Below, one piece after another: positions 10,868 through 22,398 of a stretch of DNA of 43,464 nt. Origin of the DNA: Octopus bimaculoides. Lineage: Eukaryota. Numbering within the stretch: the stretch's first letter is position 1; the number at the start of each line of letters is the position of its first letter. The translations under genes and the position numbers were made by a program. Below the pieces are notes generated by a model. It searched no databases, had not been told where the DNA came from, and saw only the letters and a program-made list of their open reading frames with translations. Where the stretch lies: contig NC_068981.1 in the NCBI RefSeq assembly GCF_001194135.2, forward strand, positions 81,008,521-81,051,984, given 5' to 3'.

Positions 10868-10953
10868 ATCAAACTGAGATGTATGCTGGTTCTACCCCTT
10901 GGTTTGTTATGGCTGTCATCACTGCTGCTATTTCTAGTCAAACTATAGGCCAG
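10868..10953 (+). CDS. Candidate exon encoding a signal peptide (ATG 10879): MYAGSTPWFVMAVITAAISSQTIG|Q
   Basis: Acceptor ttatttag, strong donor CAG|GTAAGG, only one frame open; 11-residue hydrophobic core and a T-x-G (-3,-1) cleavage pattern. Confidence 0.6.
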
Positions 10954-11118
10954 GTAAGGGTAACCTTTTTCAAGAAATGGGTCACATGAGACATGACTCA
11001 TGGTCAGGAGGGCTGCAACTCATCATCAGGCAGGCTCCACTTCTAAGAATATCCAAGATGAAAATTTTTGTTAGGCATGCCATTTACAAAGTTATGCTGG
11101 TCACAACTTTACCTATGG

Positions 11119-11176
11119 CTACTGTAGGCTATGTAAACTCATGCCTACTGTAGGCTATGTAAACTCATGCCTACTG
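11119..11176. repeat. Exact 26-bp tandem duplication
   Basis: ctactgtaggctatgtaaactcatgc twice plus ctactg. Confidence 0.95.
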
Positions 11177-12067
11177 CTAAATTAGACTTGGACAGGAGCT
11201 TAGATATATGATTTTTAACACTTCACTGATTGATCTGTTGAGGCACACCTTCTAAACCTGCTCATGTTCAGACACATCCATGTAAATGACTACATATTTG
11301 AACTCTACTTCTTCATATCCCTCTTTTTTTATTTTATATTCTAAAGACAAGTTTAGAGTCACAAAGCAAAACCAAATACACAGTTTAGTAATGTTATTTT
11401 TATAACATACAAAACCTTTATAGGAAATGTAGCTCTCAGTGTGTCTATTTTGTCACTAAACAGTTTATATATTTCTGGATAACATTTGCTTCATTATAGC
11501 TACACATGAACAAACACACACACACACATGTACACACAAATACACACATACATACATACACACTTATAGTCTCCTGTTTTGTCCTTTCATTTATTTTTAT
11601 ATCGTATTATTCCAGTGTTTTCCCTATTCTTTGTAACCTACTAAATCTCTTCATTCAGAAGCCTACATATATATAGCCAGGGTTATGTAACACATTTTCT
11701 GCCTCCCACATGTTTTGTTAAAGAGCTGAATGTTTATTGAAGAGGAAATGAAATGTTTATTCAAATTTAGAATTGATTATCACTGTGTAAATAGGATAAA
11801 TTTATTTACAATATTTACTTCATGTCTTTGTTCATTCTTCCCAACAACCACACCCAGCCATACTGTCTACAGACTATTATTAATTTTGCCACTGAGCAAG
11901 AGGTGATGGATTCCAGTAGTCTAAATCTACAACCCATTTTTGGTCCCCGTTTTTAACCTAATTCACTCCATTTATATTGCTAATAACTTTGTGGAAAGCA
12001 TGAATGTCACATACTCTTACCTTATGCCTAAATTGTTATCCCACTTTCTTGATTTTCAACTGTTTTC

Positions 12068-12291
12068 TTAACCCTTTAGCATTCAGATTTCTCTGTCAGC
12101 TGTAATGCTTATTTCACATTGTTTTGAATTGATCATGCATTATCTTGTAGCTTTGATATTTCAATGATATAACTGCTTATTTTTAGACTGACATTGTAGG
12201 ATAGGTTTGAGAGGCCAGAACTGGCCAATTTTAACATAGAACAAGTAGGATGTTTGAGCCAGATATGACTAGTTTAAATACTAATGGGTCA
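12068..12291. mobile_element. piggyBac-type TTAA MITE copy 1
   Basis: TTAA-CCCTTTAGCATTCAG start; right end decayed (aatactaatgggtca); internal identity to six other copies. Confidence 0.85.
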
Positions 12292-12589
12292 GCTGTTATT
12301 TGTTTGATCTGGAAGAGGGACTGTGTTCTGGCTTTCACAGTTTCCCTGAGTAAAAGTGAGATAAATGCAGTTAATGCTTTTGAATAGTTGAAAGCTGCCT
12401 GAGAAATTTGTGTAGAGGATGAATTCCAGAGAGCCATTGTTTGCAGGATTATAGACTTGGTGGATAATTTAGTGAGCTGCTTGGAATGGCAGACATAATA
12501 TGGGTGACAAGCAAAGGAAAGATGAGTCAGTTGGGAGTGTTTAACTGAGAGTTTGAACCCATTCACTATTACTGTTATCAGAGTAAAGA

Positions 12590-12910
12590 CCCCCTTCAGT
12601 CATGAATAACCATGGGATTGCACCTAGAAAGTTCCCCTCTGAGGCACAAGTCCAAGCAAGGTTGGAAGACCAGCAGTCACCCATACATATCAGCTTCCCC
12701 TCTCCATGCTACCAATCTTATCGAAGGGAAAGGCAAAGCCCAACACAGCTTGGCACCAGTGATGTCACAACTCATTTCTACAGCTGAGTGAACTGGAACA
12801 ACATGAAATAAAGTGTCTTGCTCAAGAACACAACACGCAGCCCAATCCAGGAATCAAACTCACTGTCTCATGATTGTGAGCTCAATGCTCTAACCACTGA
12901 ACCATGCACC
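12590..12910 (-). mobile_element. tRNA-derived SINE (distinct family, CORE-like centre)
   Basis: Minus strand: gcatggttcagtggttagagc head, gagtttgattcc B box, tgtgttcttgagcaagacactttatttca core-like block. Confidence 0.8.
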
Positions 12911-13125
12911 TTCAATGTTACTGTCAAGATATGCGTATAAAGTCTTACAATCAACTTCCCTTCCAGATATTGACCATCCATACTTAGTATCTTGATAACA
13001 ACAAAATACAAAAGTTATTTCATATCAATAACCTTTTAATTAAAAATAAAATACATTTAGCTTGTTTTTTCAGCCCCCTTTTTTTTTTTTTTCATATTAT
13101 TATGTTTGTTGTTGAAAATCTTGGC

Positions 13126-13405
13126 CAGTTATGCTATGTGGTTAAGAAGCTCGCTTTGCAACATCATGGTTTTGGGTTCAGTCCCACTGCACAGTACCTT
13201 GGTCAGGTATGTCCTACATTTTCCCTGGGCCAACCGATGCCTTGCAAGAGAATTGATAAGCAGAAACTGTGTGTGAAAGTTCATCATGTGTGTGTATACA
13301 TATGTACTTGTTCCCCACACAGCTGGTGTTGGTTTGTTTACATTCCTTTAACTTAGCAATTCAGCAAAAGAAACCGATAGAGTAAGTACCAAGCTTTAAA
13401 AATAT
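13126..13405 (+). mobile_element. CORE-type SINE family B
   Basis: gtggttaagaagctcgc...ggttcagtcccactgcacagtaccttggtcagg...gatagagtaagtacc. Confidence 0.8.
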
Positions 13406-14149
13406 ACTATATTCTCTTCCCTTTACCATTTCATATTATAAAAGATAGTTTATCATTGATGTCTTAATTGTGACACATTTCGCTGCTTAATTCTTCTGGT
13501 TAATTTACAATTCTAAGTTTGGTAATTTGGTCATTTACAATTTCTAAGTTCAAATCCTACCAAAATTGAAATCTGTCAGACTTTTCTGAGAAATAGAAAA
13601 ACACCAGAAATAGTATATTGGCCATATATCTGATATTTTTGAATTTGTATGTTATCCAGTTGGATGTTTGTTATTGTTTTAACTAACTAAAATTAACCAT
13701 TACCACCACCACCACCACTAATAATATAAGTCATCAAAGTAGTTTTATGCGGTTCTCTTCCTGCTAGAAATAACAGCTAGATTTTCTCAACTTCTTCCCT
13801 ACTATCTTAACGTGTAAAAACATGATTTAGTTGTGGCTGGAATATCTTAAATCATACAGAGCAGATCTAAATAGCAACAGAAAAAAAACAAAATGTATGT
13901 TCGCAGCAATTACAATGACATTTTGATATATGAACAGTATATGAACACAAAATGAACTTTCAGCAACACAACTGAATTGAATAGTATTTTCCCAAATCTT
14001 TAGTTTCTAACATCTGACCAATTAATATCCATTAATTTCTTTTGTTGTGGTTATTAACATTCATCATTATTTTCTCATGGTTAATTGTTACTTTAGATCG
14101 CATTTTGTACATCCTGTCAATATTTTCTCATTGACATCTCTACCACTAC

Positions 14150-14690
14150 TGCCACAACAAAATGCATTCGGTGTATTCTGTAATGTGGTTAGAGAATGAA
14201 TGGAGACACATTAGATTGAGAGGAGGCTTTAGTCTTGCCTAGGGCACATCAACCTCTCTAGTGCAGGTGCCATTATAAAATACATCCAGTACATTCTGTA
14301 TAGTGGTTGGTGAATAAACACATAGGACAGAAAAGAGGCTTTAGTCTTGCTAAGGACATGACAACCTCTCTTAGTACAGGTGCCATAATGAAATACATTG
14401 AGTACACACTGTAAAGTGGTTGGTAATTGAATTAAGACACATAGGATAAAGAGATAGCTTTAGTTTTGCAAAGGATATAACAACCTCTGAAGTGATAGTA
14501 TCATGACAAAATGTTTCTTGTCCACTGTGTTAAGTGGTTGGTTTTAGGAAGGGTACCCAGCCATAGAAATCATGCAAGAACGGAACATGAGTAAGACATG
14601 GCCCCCATATAGGAGGACATAAGGCAGTGGTGACCCTTTTAACTTATGCCAGCATTGAAAAACAACATAAACATGATGTTGACCACAAAA
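14150..14690 (+). mobile_element. LINE-type 3' tail (family E) with internal ~115-bp triplication
   Basis: Units start 14171, 14289, 14402 and 14520, then the tail taggaagggtacccagccatagaaa...atgccagcattgaaaaac...atgatg. Confidence 0.75.
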
Positions 14691-14739
14691 TGGAAACTGA
14701 AGGGTTAATTAGCCAGTCTATTTTCTCCCAGTAATAATC

Positions 14740-15160
14740 ATCGTTCTCACATCTAGTTTTCCATGCTTGCATGGGTCAGATGAGAATATATTGTGGTAGG
14801 ATTTTTCTATGGCTAGACTTGCTTTTTGACACCAGTCCCCACATGTTTCCAAGTGAAGTAATAATCTCCCAGTCTATCAAACAACAATTGGCCTGGGTTT
14901 GTTTATGTAGAGAAATGGAAACAGACAATGCCCTCACCAACTGTATACAAGGAGAAATACAAATTCATTCACATGAGCACACACTCTCATACATATATGA
15001 TGTGCTTCTTTCAATTTCCATCTACTAAATCCACTCACAAAGCTTTGGTTGACTTGGGGTTATTGTAGAAGGCACTTGCCCAAGGTACCATGCAGTAGGA
15101 CTGAACCCAAAACTACATGGTTGGGAAGCAAATCTCAGCCACACAGACAAGTCTGCACCT
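14740..15160 (-). mobile_element. Composite SINE: CORE head plus (ATG)n-type tail
   Basis: ccatgcttgcatgggtcagatg...tgtttccaag tail block joined through a CA microsatellite to the CORE head; same layout at 23935, 26335 and 29640. Confidence 0.75.
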
Positions 15161-15477
15161 ACTTAGTAATAAATAGTATATACTTGAATTTAAATATTTC
15201 TATTTTATGCTGTTATTTAGCCCATCCTGCCTTTTTGTACATTAGAAATTACATTAATCAATGCATACTTATTATTTCAAGCTATGAGGTGTGACCTTTT
15301 GAGAAACATTTGGCTATTATTTCCAGAAGATCAAGCTACCACATTGGGGCTACTATTTTAGATATGCAGTAAATAAACTAGGAATTAATAGGTAATCCAC
15401 TGCCTTCTATTCTTTTTAGCTTTATATTTCTACTCATGAAACTCTACTGAGAAACTATGAACATTATGAACCATGAA

Positions 15478-15680
15478 AGAGCCTCTCCATGGTCAACTGA
15501 TCCATTAGAAATAGCAGTCAAATCACTTTCTTATCACTCCCTAACATTTAGAAATTGAAGAATGAGTTTAAAGGGGAAAAAACAGGGAAAAAAAGACAAC
15601 ATGGTTATGGTTGGAACGCCTTTAATTCTAGGTTTGCTTCATTTAGGAAACACATGAATCTAAACCAGTCTTGGACAAAC
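15478..15680 (+). mobile_element. Repeat family D
   Basis: ggtcaactgatccattagaaatagcagtcaaatc...gttatggttggaacgcctttaattctagg. Confidence 0.7.
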
Positions 15681-15878
15681 TGAGCATTCCTAACAAAAAT
15701 TTCCCTTGAACTCTTCTAGTAGTGCCGTCTACCTGCTGGTGAGCCATGTCTCATGTAGCATGCTGCTTGGAAAAGGTTGCCCATACCTCATCTAAACAAA
15801 CAACCACTAACACGAGAAATTATTAAGTCAGTTCTACTGTCCAAAGCAACAACAAAAAAAAAACAGGTACAGGATAAT

Positions 15879-16064
15879 TTAACCCTTTAGAGTTCATACT
15901 TCTTTGACAAATGTATTCCCTATTTATTCACATTGTTTTGAATTATCTTCTAACTTCAAGATTTCAGTTGTGGGTTTGTATATTTTTAGAATGACATTGT
16001 AGAGTAGGTGTGAAAGATAGAATATTCAGGCCGGTTATGGCTGGATTAAATGTTAAGGGGTTAA
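15879..16064. mobile_element. piggyBac-type TTAA MITE copy 2
   Basis: TTAA-CCCTTTAG ... TAAGGGG-TTAA. Confidence 0.85.
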
Positions 16065-16143
16065 TCTGAGATATACTGCCTGAAAAAAGTATAACAAGGA
16101 CTTGACTTGACCACATTTGCTCATGGATCTATTCAGTCACAGT

Positions 16144-16512
16144 TTGTTGGCACTCCGTCGCCAGTTCCAGTTGATTTGATCAACGGAACAGCCTGCTCGT
16201 GAAATTAACATGCAAGTGGCTGAGCACTCCACAGACACGTGTACCCTTAACATAGTTCTCGGGGATATTCAGCGTGACACAGTGTGACAAGGCTGGCCCT
16301 TTGAAATACAGGCACAACAAAAACAGGAAGTAAGAGTGAGAGAAAGTTGTGGTGAAAGAGTACAGCAGGGTTCGCCAGCATCCCCTGCCAGAGCCTCGTG
16401 GAGCTTTAGGTGTTTTCGCTCAATAAACACTCATAATGCCCTGTCTAGGAATCGAAACCGCGATCCTATGACCGCAAGTCCGCTGTCCTAACCACTGGGC
16501 CATTGCTCCTCC
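16144..16512 (-). mobile_element. SINE family A (OR-like)
   Basis: Reverse complement of 1226-1607 with a short deletion near the 3' end. Confidence 0.92.
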
Positions 16513-16992
16513 ACTCAGTCACGGTTAACGTGAGGTTAATAAACAACAGCCATCACTAACAGGAAAAAAACATTGCAATATTTCTTTGTTGTTTCCAAGT
16601 TTTTTTTTACAGATATAACAGTTTATCAGTTTCCATTGCTCAGATTGCGGTCAACATCCTAAGTCTTCATATTTCCCCTTGTTTTGCTTGTCCTTGGGAT
16701 ATATTCTCTTGATTCAAAATTAAATAAGTTTGTAAATTTATAACTGGGTTTTTATTTATAAGAGTTTGTTTCTTTTCTAATATTAATAATTTTTTTACAT
16801 AATATTTGTCAACAACATCTGGTTAGAATAAAAATATGGTATCCATTCTATGTTTTTATCTCTATAATTAATGCATTCAAGCTTGCTTCTTTAATATCCT
16901 GCAGAATTTTAAATAGGATTTTTTAAATATATTTTCTATGAACCAAGTATTTTGTTAATTTTAGTATTTTAAAGAATTTTGTTATTGTTATT

Positions 16993-17545
16993 AAGGCATT
17001 GAGCTGGCAGAATTGTTTAACATGACAAAATGCTTAGCAACATTTCTTCTGGCTCTTTTGTATTCTGTGTTCAAATTCCACTAAGGTGAACTTAACATTT
17101 CATCCTTTCAGGATTGATAAAATAAGTACCAGTCAAGTACTGGGGTCAATGTAATCAATTAGTTCCCGTCCCTTAAAATCACTGGCCTTGTACCTAAATT
17201 GTAAACTATTATTTTTATTGGTAAAGTTATTCTGCGTTCAAATTTCAGAGGTCAACATTGCTTTTCATACTTTTGGGGTTTGACATAATCAACTTCCCCC
17301 ACCCCAGTCCCCCAAAATGTCAGTCCTTGTGCCTATAATAGAATGAATTATTATTATTATTATTATTATCATTATTTGTAAGTCATTAGAAACTATTTAA
17401 TTATGTTCTGAGTTCAAATTCTACTTAGGCTAGCTTTACCTTCATCCTTCAGGAGTTAATAAAGTACCAGTCAAGTACTAGGATCAGTATAATTGACTGT
17501 TCTCTTCCCATAAATTTCAGGCCTTATGCCTGTATTAGAATTATT
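16993..17545 (+). mobile_element. Three tandem SINE family C copies (one full, two 5'-truncated)
   Basis: Units ~16993-17212, ~17227-17375 and ~17401-17545, each with gttcaaatt...catcctt/catactt...gccttgtg. Confidence 0.8.
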
Positions 17546-17637
17546 AATATTGGATGTACTTCACAGCATTCTCATTTCTGGATGACTGTTATTGTGCGAT
17601 TTCTTTTTTTTTTTTTTTTTTTTTGTTCCCACAATAG

Positions 17638-17666
17638 GTTACTTTTTCTGTGTCAATTCATTCAAA
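17638..17666 (+). CDS. Candidate 29-nt exon VTFSVSIHS (phase 0 to phase 2)
   Basis: Very strong acceptor (long T tract, then gttcccacaatag); donors AAA|GTAAGG at 17666 and AAG|GTGAGC at 17671. The reading frame depends on the upstream exon. Confidence 0.5.
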
Positions 17667-18741
17667 GTAAGGTGAGCAGTTTGTTGTTAAATTTTTGGCT
17701 TAAGTTTAGAGAAAAAAAAAGGGCATTTTTAATACTTTTTTGTTATTTGACATTCACTGCAAAATGTCAGCAAACAAAAGGCTTGACAACTGCAGTGAAA
17801 AGAAAAATGAAAAACAAAAGTGAAAACAAAAAGAGCTAAAAAAAAAAAAAGAACTAAAATCAGAGCACAAATATTTTGAAACCAAATCAATGATGTTTTA
17901 GTGGTTTTTGACATATATAAGAATGATTTTCATGATTTGTTTAACAACAGCAAATGCAACGTCAACAACACAAAGCTTTGCAAATGTTGAAGCCAACCAA
18001 AAGATTCTAAATATAGACATTGCTCAGTCATAGAAATGTATGTGCCGGGTGTGCCATGAAGGACTGTCTCTCTTTGGCCAAAGAATTTATCCAAAAACAG
18101 ACATAGAGAAAGCTGATATCCTTTTGCTTTGTAGAGAAAGTTAATATTTTATATGCTTTCTGAGGATGAATTAAAGGACACTCTGATGAACATATTTGAT
18201 CTGGGGATTGAGGATGAAGTAAAACAGCAAGCTAACATAGTAAAATACACACTTACTCGATGGGCTTATGGGTGGGGGGTTCTCTCAGTCTCTTCTTGCC
18301 AGTGTATGGATCAGCTCAACACAAAGAATGACTGTTGATGGCATTGACAGCAACATTAAAGCTTTTTGTAGTGCATCATGAACATTGATAAGTGCAGATG
18401 TGATGAAGAGCAATATATATATAATTTGAGGAAATCCACTTGAAATAACGAGTCATTATGATCCCTTAAGACCTTAAAGTCATTCTGAAACTGTCCCATT
18501 GTAGGTGTAGAATCATAGGACATGAGACTAACAGGTCATGGTAGAAGGCCTAGCTGTTACACTTGTGGCAGCAAACACCACGTGAGACCCTTCTGACCTC
18601 AAGTAGCTAGAAAGGAAAGAAAAGGACAGCAGTAAACAATATAGGTCCTGGAGTCTTCTTTTCCAATAACACTACTGGTCAAAGTTCCTGTCATGGTGAA
18701 AGAGACCTCAGTTTGGTTCCAAAGTTGACCATAGACCCTGT

Positions 18742-18830
18742 CCTTCAACTCCAAGTACCCACCATCCTTCAACTCCCAGTAGCCTCCCACCCTTCAACTC
18801 CAAGTTGTACCACACCTTCAACTTGCAACA
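18742..18830. repeat. ~24-bp minisatellite, 3.6 copies (ccttcaactccaagt...)
   Basis: Units start at 18742, 18766, 18791 and 18815. Confidence 0.9.
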
Positions 18831-19027
18831 CAGTTTCTACTTAACTTGAACTACACAATTACCTTCTTGTTATTCTTACCAGTGGAAATGCTGTGAACCA
18901 GTGATCTATTTGTTGGCAACTCATAACCTATGATAATGTTCTTCACAAATGCATCATATAAAATGAAAATATTTACTAGCTACTAATCCTTTGTTCTACT
19001 CATTTGTTATCTTTACTTTGTTTACAG

Positions 19028-19115
19028 CAAGCGTAAAAGAAGGAAAGCAGAGTTAAGGAGACAGTACCAGTGGCAAAGTAGAAACCTACTAATGAGTCTT
19101 ATCCTTCCTCTCTAA
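19028..19115 (+). CDS. Candidate exon (N)KRKRRKAELRRQYQWQSRNLLMSLILPL*
   Basis: Strong acceptor tctttactttgtttacag; only the phase-2 frame is open, compatible with the 17666 donor; no strong donor, so possibly terminal. Confidence 0.42.
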
Positions 19116-20949
19116 AACTTCCATCCTTCTGGAGGAATTTTTTCCCAACTTATTTTCCCTCTCACTTCTCAATTACTATCCTACGTTTGACCTTGTTCTT
19201 TGTCTAAGAGAGAAAACCAGAGAATGAGAGTGGTACTGTCTTAGTTTGAGATTCACAGAGATAGGATTTTGGTATTTGTGAAATCACTTGTTGAGAACCA
19301 GACAAGCTTTGAACTAAACTGCAAAGAACAATCATTAGCATTTCTAATGTCAATTTATTTCTGATAACACTGTTAATATAATAGATTTACATTTCATTTG
19401 TTGAATAATACTGGGATGAAAAAACAAGATTCTGTCATCCTATATATATTGTGAGTGTTAAAGATTTAATGAATGTGTAATATTCAGCAACTGTCCTACT
19501 TTTTCAACTATACAAAATCAAGGAGGGGAAAGAAAAAAACGACATAACTCTAAATAAATTAAACAAAGTCACCAGCAAACACCCAACTTTTTCCTTCCAA
19601 GATTAAAACTGTATGTTTAAGGTTGGCACCATGAGACCACTAAAATGTATTCATTACATAACATCCACACACTTATAATGGACATAGTCACATACCCCAA
19701 AATATGTGGATGTGTGTGTGTAAACATGACATGGCTATTTAGAAATTACTTCATTCTTCCATTATTGTGATGATGTAAATCTGTTCATTGATACTGCAAT
19801 GTTTTGAGTTCAGTTTCAGGACATCATGCACTGCATTTCAATTGATATATAAGCCAAACATTTAACCTCGATTCCTTCCTTGTTTTATCTGAGGATCAAT
19901 TACATTAATTTTCACAAAATATTTCTTTGAAATATTTAAATATTCTGTAAAACACGATCCTGAATTCCTGTTCTGTCGTATTTCGTAGCATGCTACATAA
20001 CCTAACATTTGTTATTTGTCTGTAAAGTTCTGTCATATGGAATTATTTAAAGGAAAAATATTGTTCTTGAAAGATAGACTTCACACAGCCTGAATAAGAT
20101 AAATTTTCTAAGGCCTTGATTAAGGATGATTTGTAAGATTAATCAAGTCTTAGTTTGAAATACATTTTTCTGTTTGTTTTGGTTTCTGTTTTTCTCTCTC
20201 CTTTGAGGGATGATTAAAAAAAAAAAACTGTGGTTAATAAATCAAATTCATGAAATGTGAAACTGTAAGAATAAAGGACATAAAATTCCAATTTAATTCA
20301 AATCATGTGTCTATTTCAAAATGAGTAATCTCTTCCTGTCTTCCAACTTCAATACCATATTCCTAATAATTATAATCTCACCAAATCCCAACATGTATTT
20401 TGCTTTCTCTGTCTTTTTTTAAAAAAATTTTTGTTTCATAATTGATGAAGCAAGGAATTTCTTTTCTGACATGAATACCTAACTCTTGCTTTTGTTTTAA
20501 AAAGAAATTTGTCATTTTTAAGTAGCTGCAACAGAGATGCATTTCACCCAAATGCACCAGGAATCTCTGTCCCCAATTAGCTTTGGTAGGTCCTTAATTT
20601 TAAGTTGTGCGTCTCAGCAATTACATCATGGTGTCTGAGTGGTCTTCTCTAAGAGGGTATGGAAGTCTCTGAAATATAATGTGATATGGCCTGGTGTTCA
20701 GAATGATAGAAATGCCTGCTCTGTTTTGAGCAAGAATAATAATAGCAAAGATGGGTGGAATGTGTTCATATATCTTTTATTTGGTCTTGTGCCCATGTCA
20801 TGTGATATTTTGAGCCTTCATGGGAAGCCTGGTGTACATACCATCAAGGTGATTTTGATGATCTTTACAGTTTAAGTTTCTATTTATTAAAGAAAGATGC
20901 TCTGTACACATGCCATGAAGAAGGCCAGTTTTATTGAAATACTTGACTG

Positions 20950-21600
20950 CCAGATGTTTTGAAGGTTTTAACATTATGTATTGAGTCAGAAAATTATAAT
21001 TAAGGAATAAGGAAACCTACTGAGTAGTACATGTTTAAATAATTGCTTAATAGTATTGAAATAGACTAAGAAATTTGGGTTTAAAGAAGGCTGGGGAGCT
21101 ACAGGTGACAAAATCTTAGACATACAACACAGGAAAGATATATTTGACGAATAAGTGTATGTTGTAGTTATTGATCAAGCAAAACAAGTTTGCCAAATAA
21201 TCAAAACAGGGCAGGGCACAAAATAGAAGCTGATGTGTACAAAGCTACGGTTGATTTTTAATAAGTCATTTAAAATGCAAATGTCCTAAATTCCATTTCA
21301 AATGCAATACTTTGTATTACTGGTAAACATCTCTTAAAAGCTTGAAAGACTATTGTGGGCGAAGTTTATTGAGTGATGACCTGCTTTACATAACACAGTG
21401 AAAGTATAAAACTATAAATAAGTTCTGCAAAGGTTGTGGATAAACAACACAGCCTTGAATGTTGTTTTAGTGACAGGTGTCATTACAAACTACAATAATA
21501 AAGGGATTTTGTAAATATTTGAAAATATAAATCAGGAGTATTATTTTTACATCTTAGATTGAGGTTAAAAGATTGTCCTCATAACCTTTCAAGGCCTTGC
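20950..21600 (+). mobile_element. Ancient LINE reverse-transcriptase remnant
   Basis: Broken frames give FGFKEGWGATGDKILDIQ...VYVVVIDQAK and LLSDDLLYI, resembling the QFGFRKG.GT.D.I, Y..FID..KAFD and YADD RT motifs. Confidence 0.4.
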
Positions 21601-21990
21601 TTCATTAGAGAAATAGGTAACAGTTAAAATTAATCCCATTAAAGGTTCTGACAGAAGCTCAATAATTGAGGTTGGAGTATAAATAGGGGAAGATATTTCC
21701 CTTGAAGACTGCAAGTTCTAGACAGGAAGAATTGGGCAAAACACCAAGTGCAGGGTTTTGGATGAAGACAGAGTGATGGAAAGAAGTGAGTGATGTATAT
21801 TTTTGAAAGTGTAGAATCAAAATGTTTAGACGAGCATAAATTATTGGGCAATCTTTCAGAAAAAGTCTATCATAACTGAAAGTATTTTGTTCTGCAATTT
21901 TTATTCCTTTAATTTTTTTTTTTTCAGAAGGATCACTTATGCTTATGTATTTTTTTGTGTATGTATATATATATATATTTTCTTTGTGTA

Positions 21991-22398
21991 GGAGTGGCTG
22001 TGTGGTAAGTAGCTTGCTTACCAATCACATGGTTCCGGGTTCATTCCCACTGCGTGGCACCTTAGGCAAGTGTCTTCTACTATAGCCTCGGGCTGACCAA
22101 AGCCTTGTGAGTGGATTTGGTAGACATAAACTGAAAGAAGCCCGTCGTATATATGTATATATATGTATGTATGTGCATGTTTATGTTTGTGTGTCTGTGT
22201 TTGTCCCCCCAACATCGCTTGACAACCGATGCTGGTGTGTTTATGTCCCCGTAACTTAGCGGTTCGGCAAAAGAGACCAATAGAATAATTATTGGGCTTC
22301 CAAAGAATAAGTCCTGGGGTCGATTTGCTCAACTAAAAAAGGCGGTGCTCCAGCATGGCTGCAGTCAAATGACTGAAACAAGTAAAAGAGTAAAAGAG
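21991..22398 (+). mobile_element. CORE-type SINE family B, full length
   Basis: ggagtggctgtgtggtaagtagc head, ggttcattcc B box, accttaggcaagtgtcttc core (MIR-core-like), internal TA/TG microsatellite, gactgaaacaagtaaaagag tail. Confidence 0.92.

Noticed and set aside
10868-17666. Assignment to ANKH or another transporter from the resemblance of AAISSQTIGQVTFSVSIHS to ASISDVIAQVVFVAILLHS
   Set aside because: Similarity is superficial, and no other exons of such a protein were found.
17930-18460. Transposase-like pseudogene around ORF 18153-18338
   Set aside because: Looks coding-like, but I could not find any diagnostic motif.
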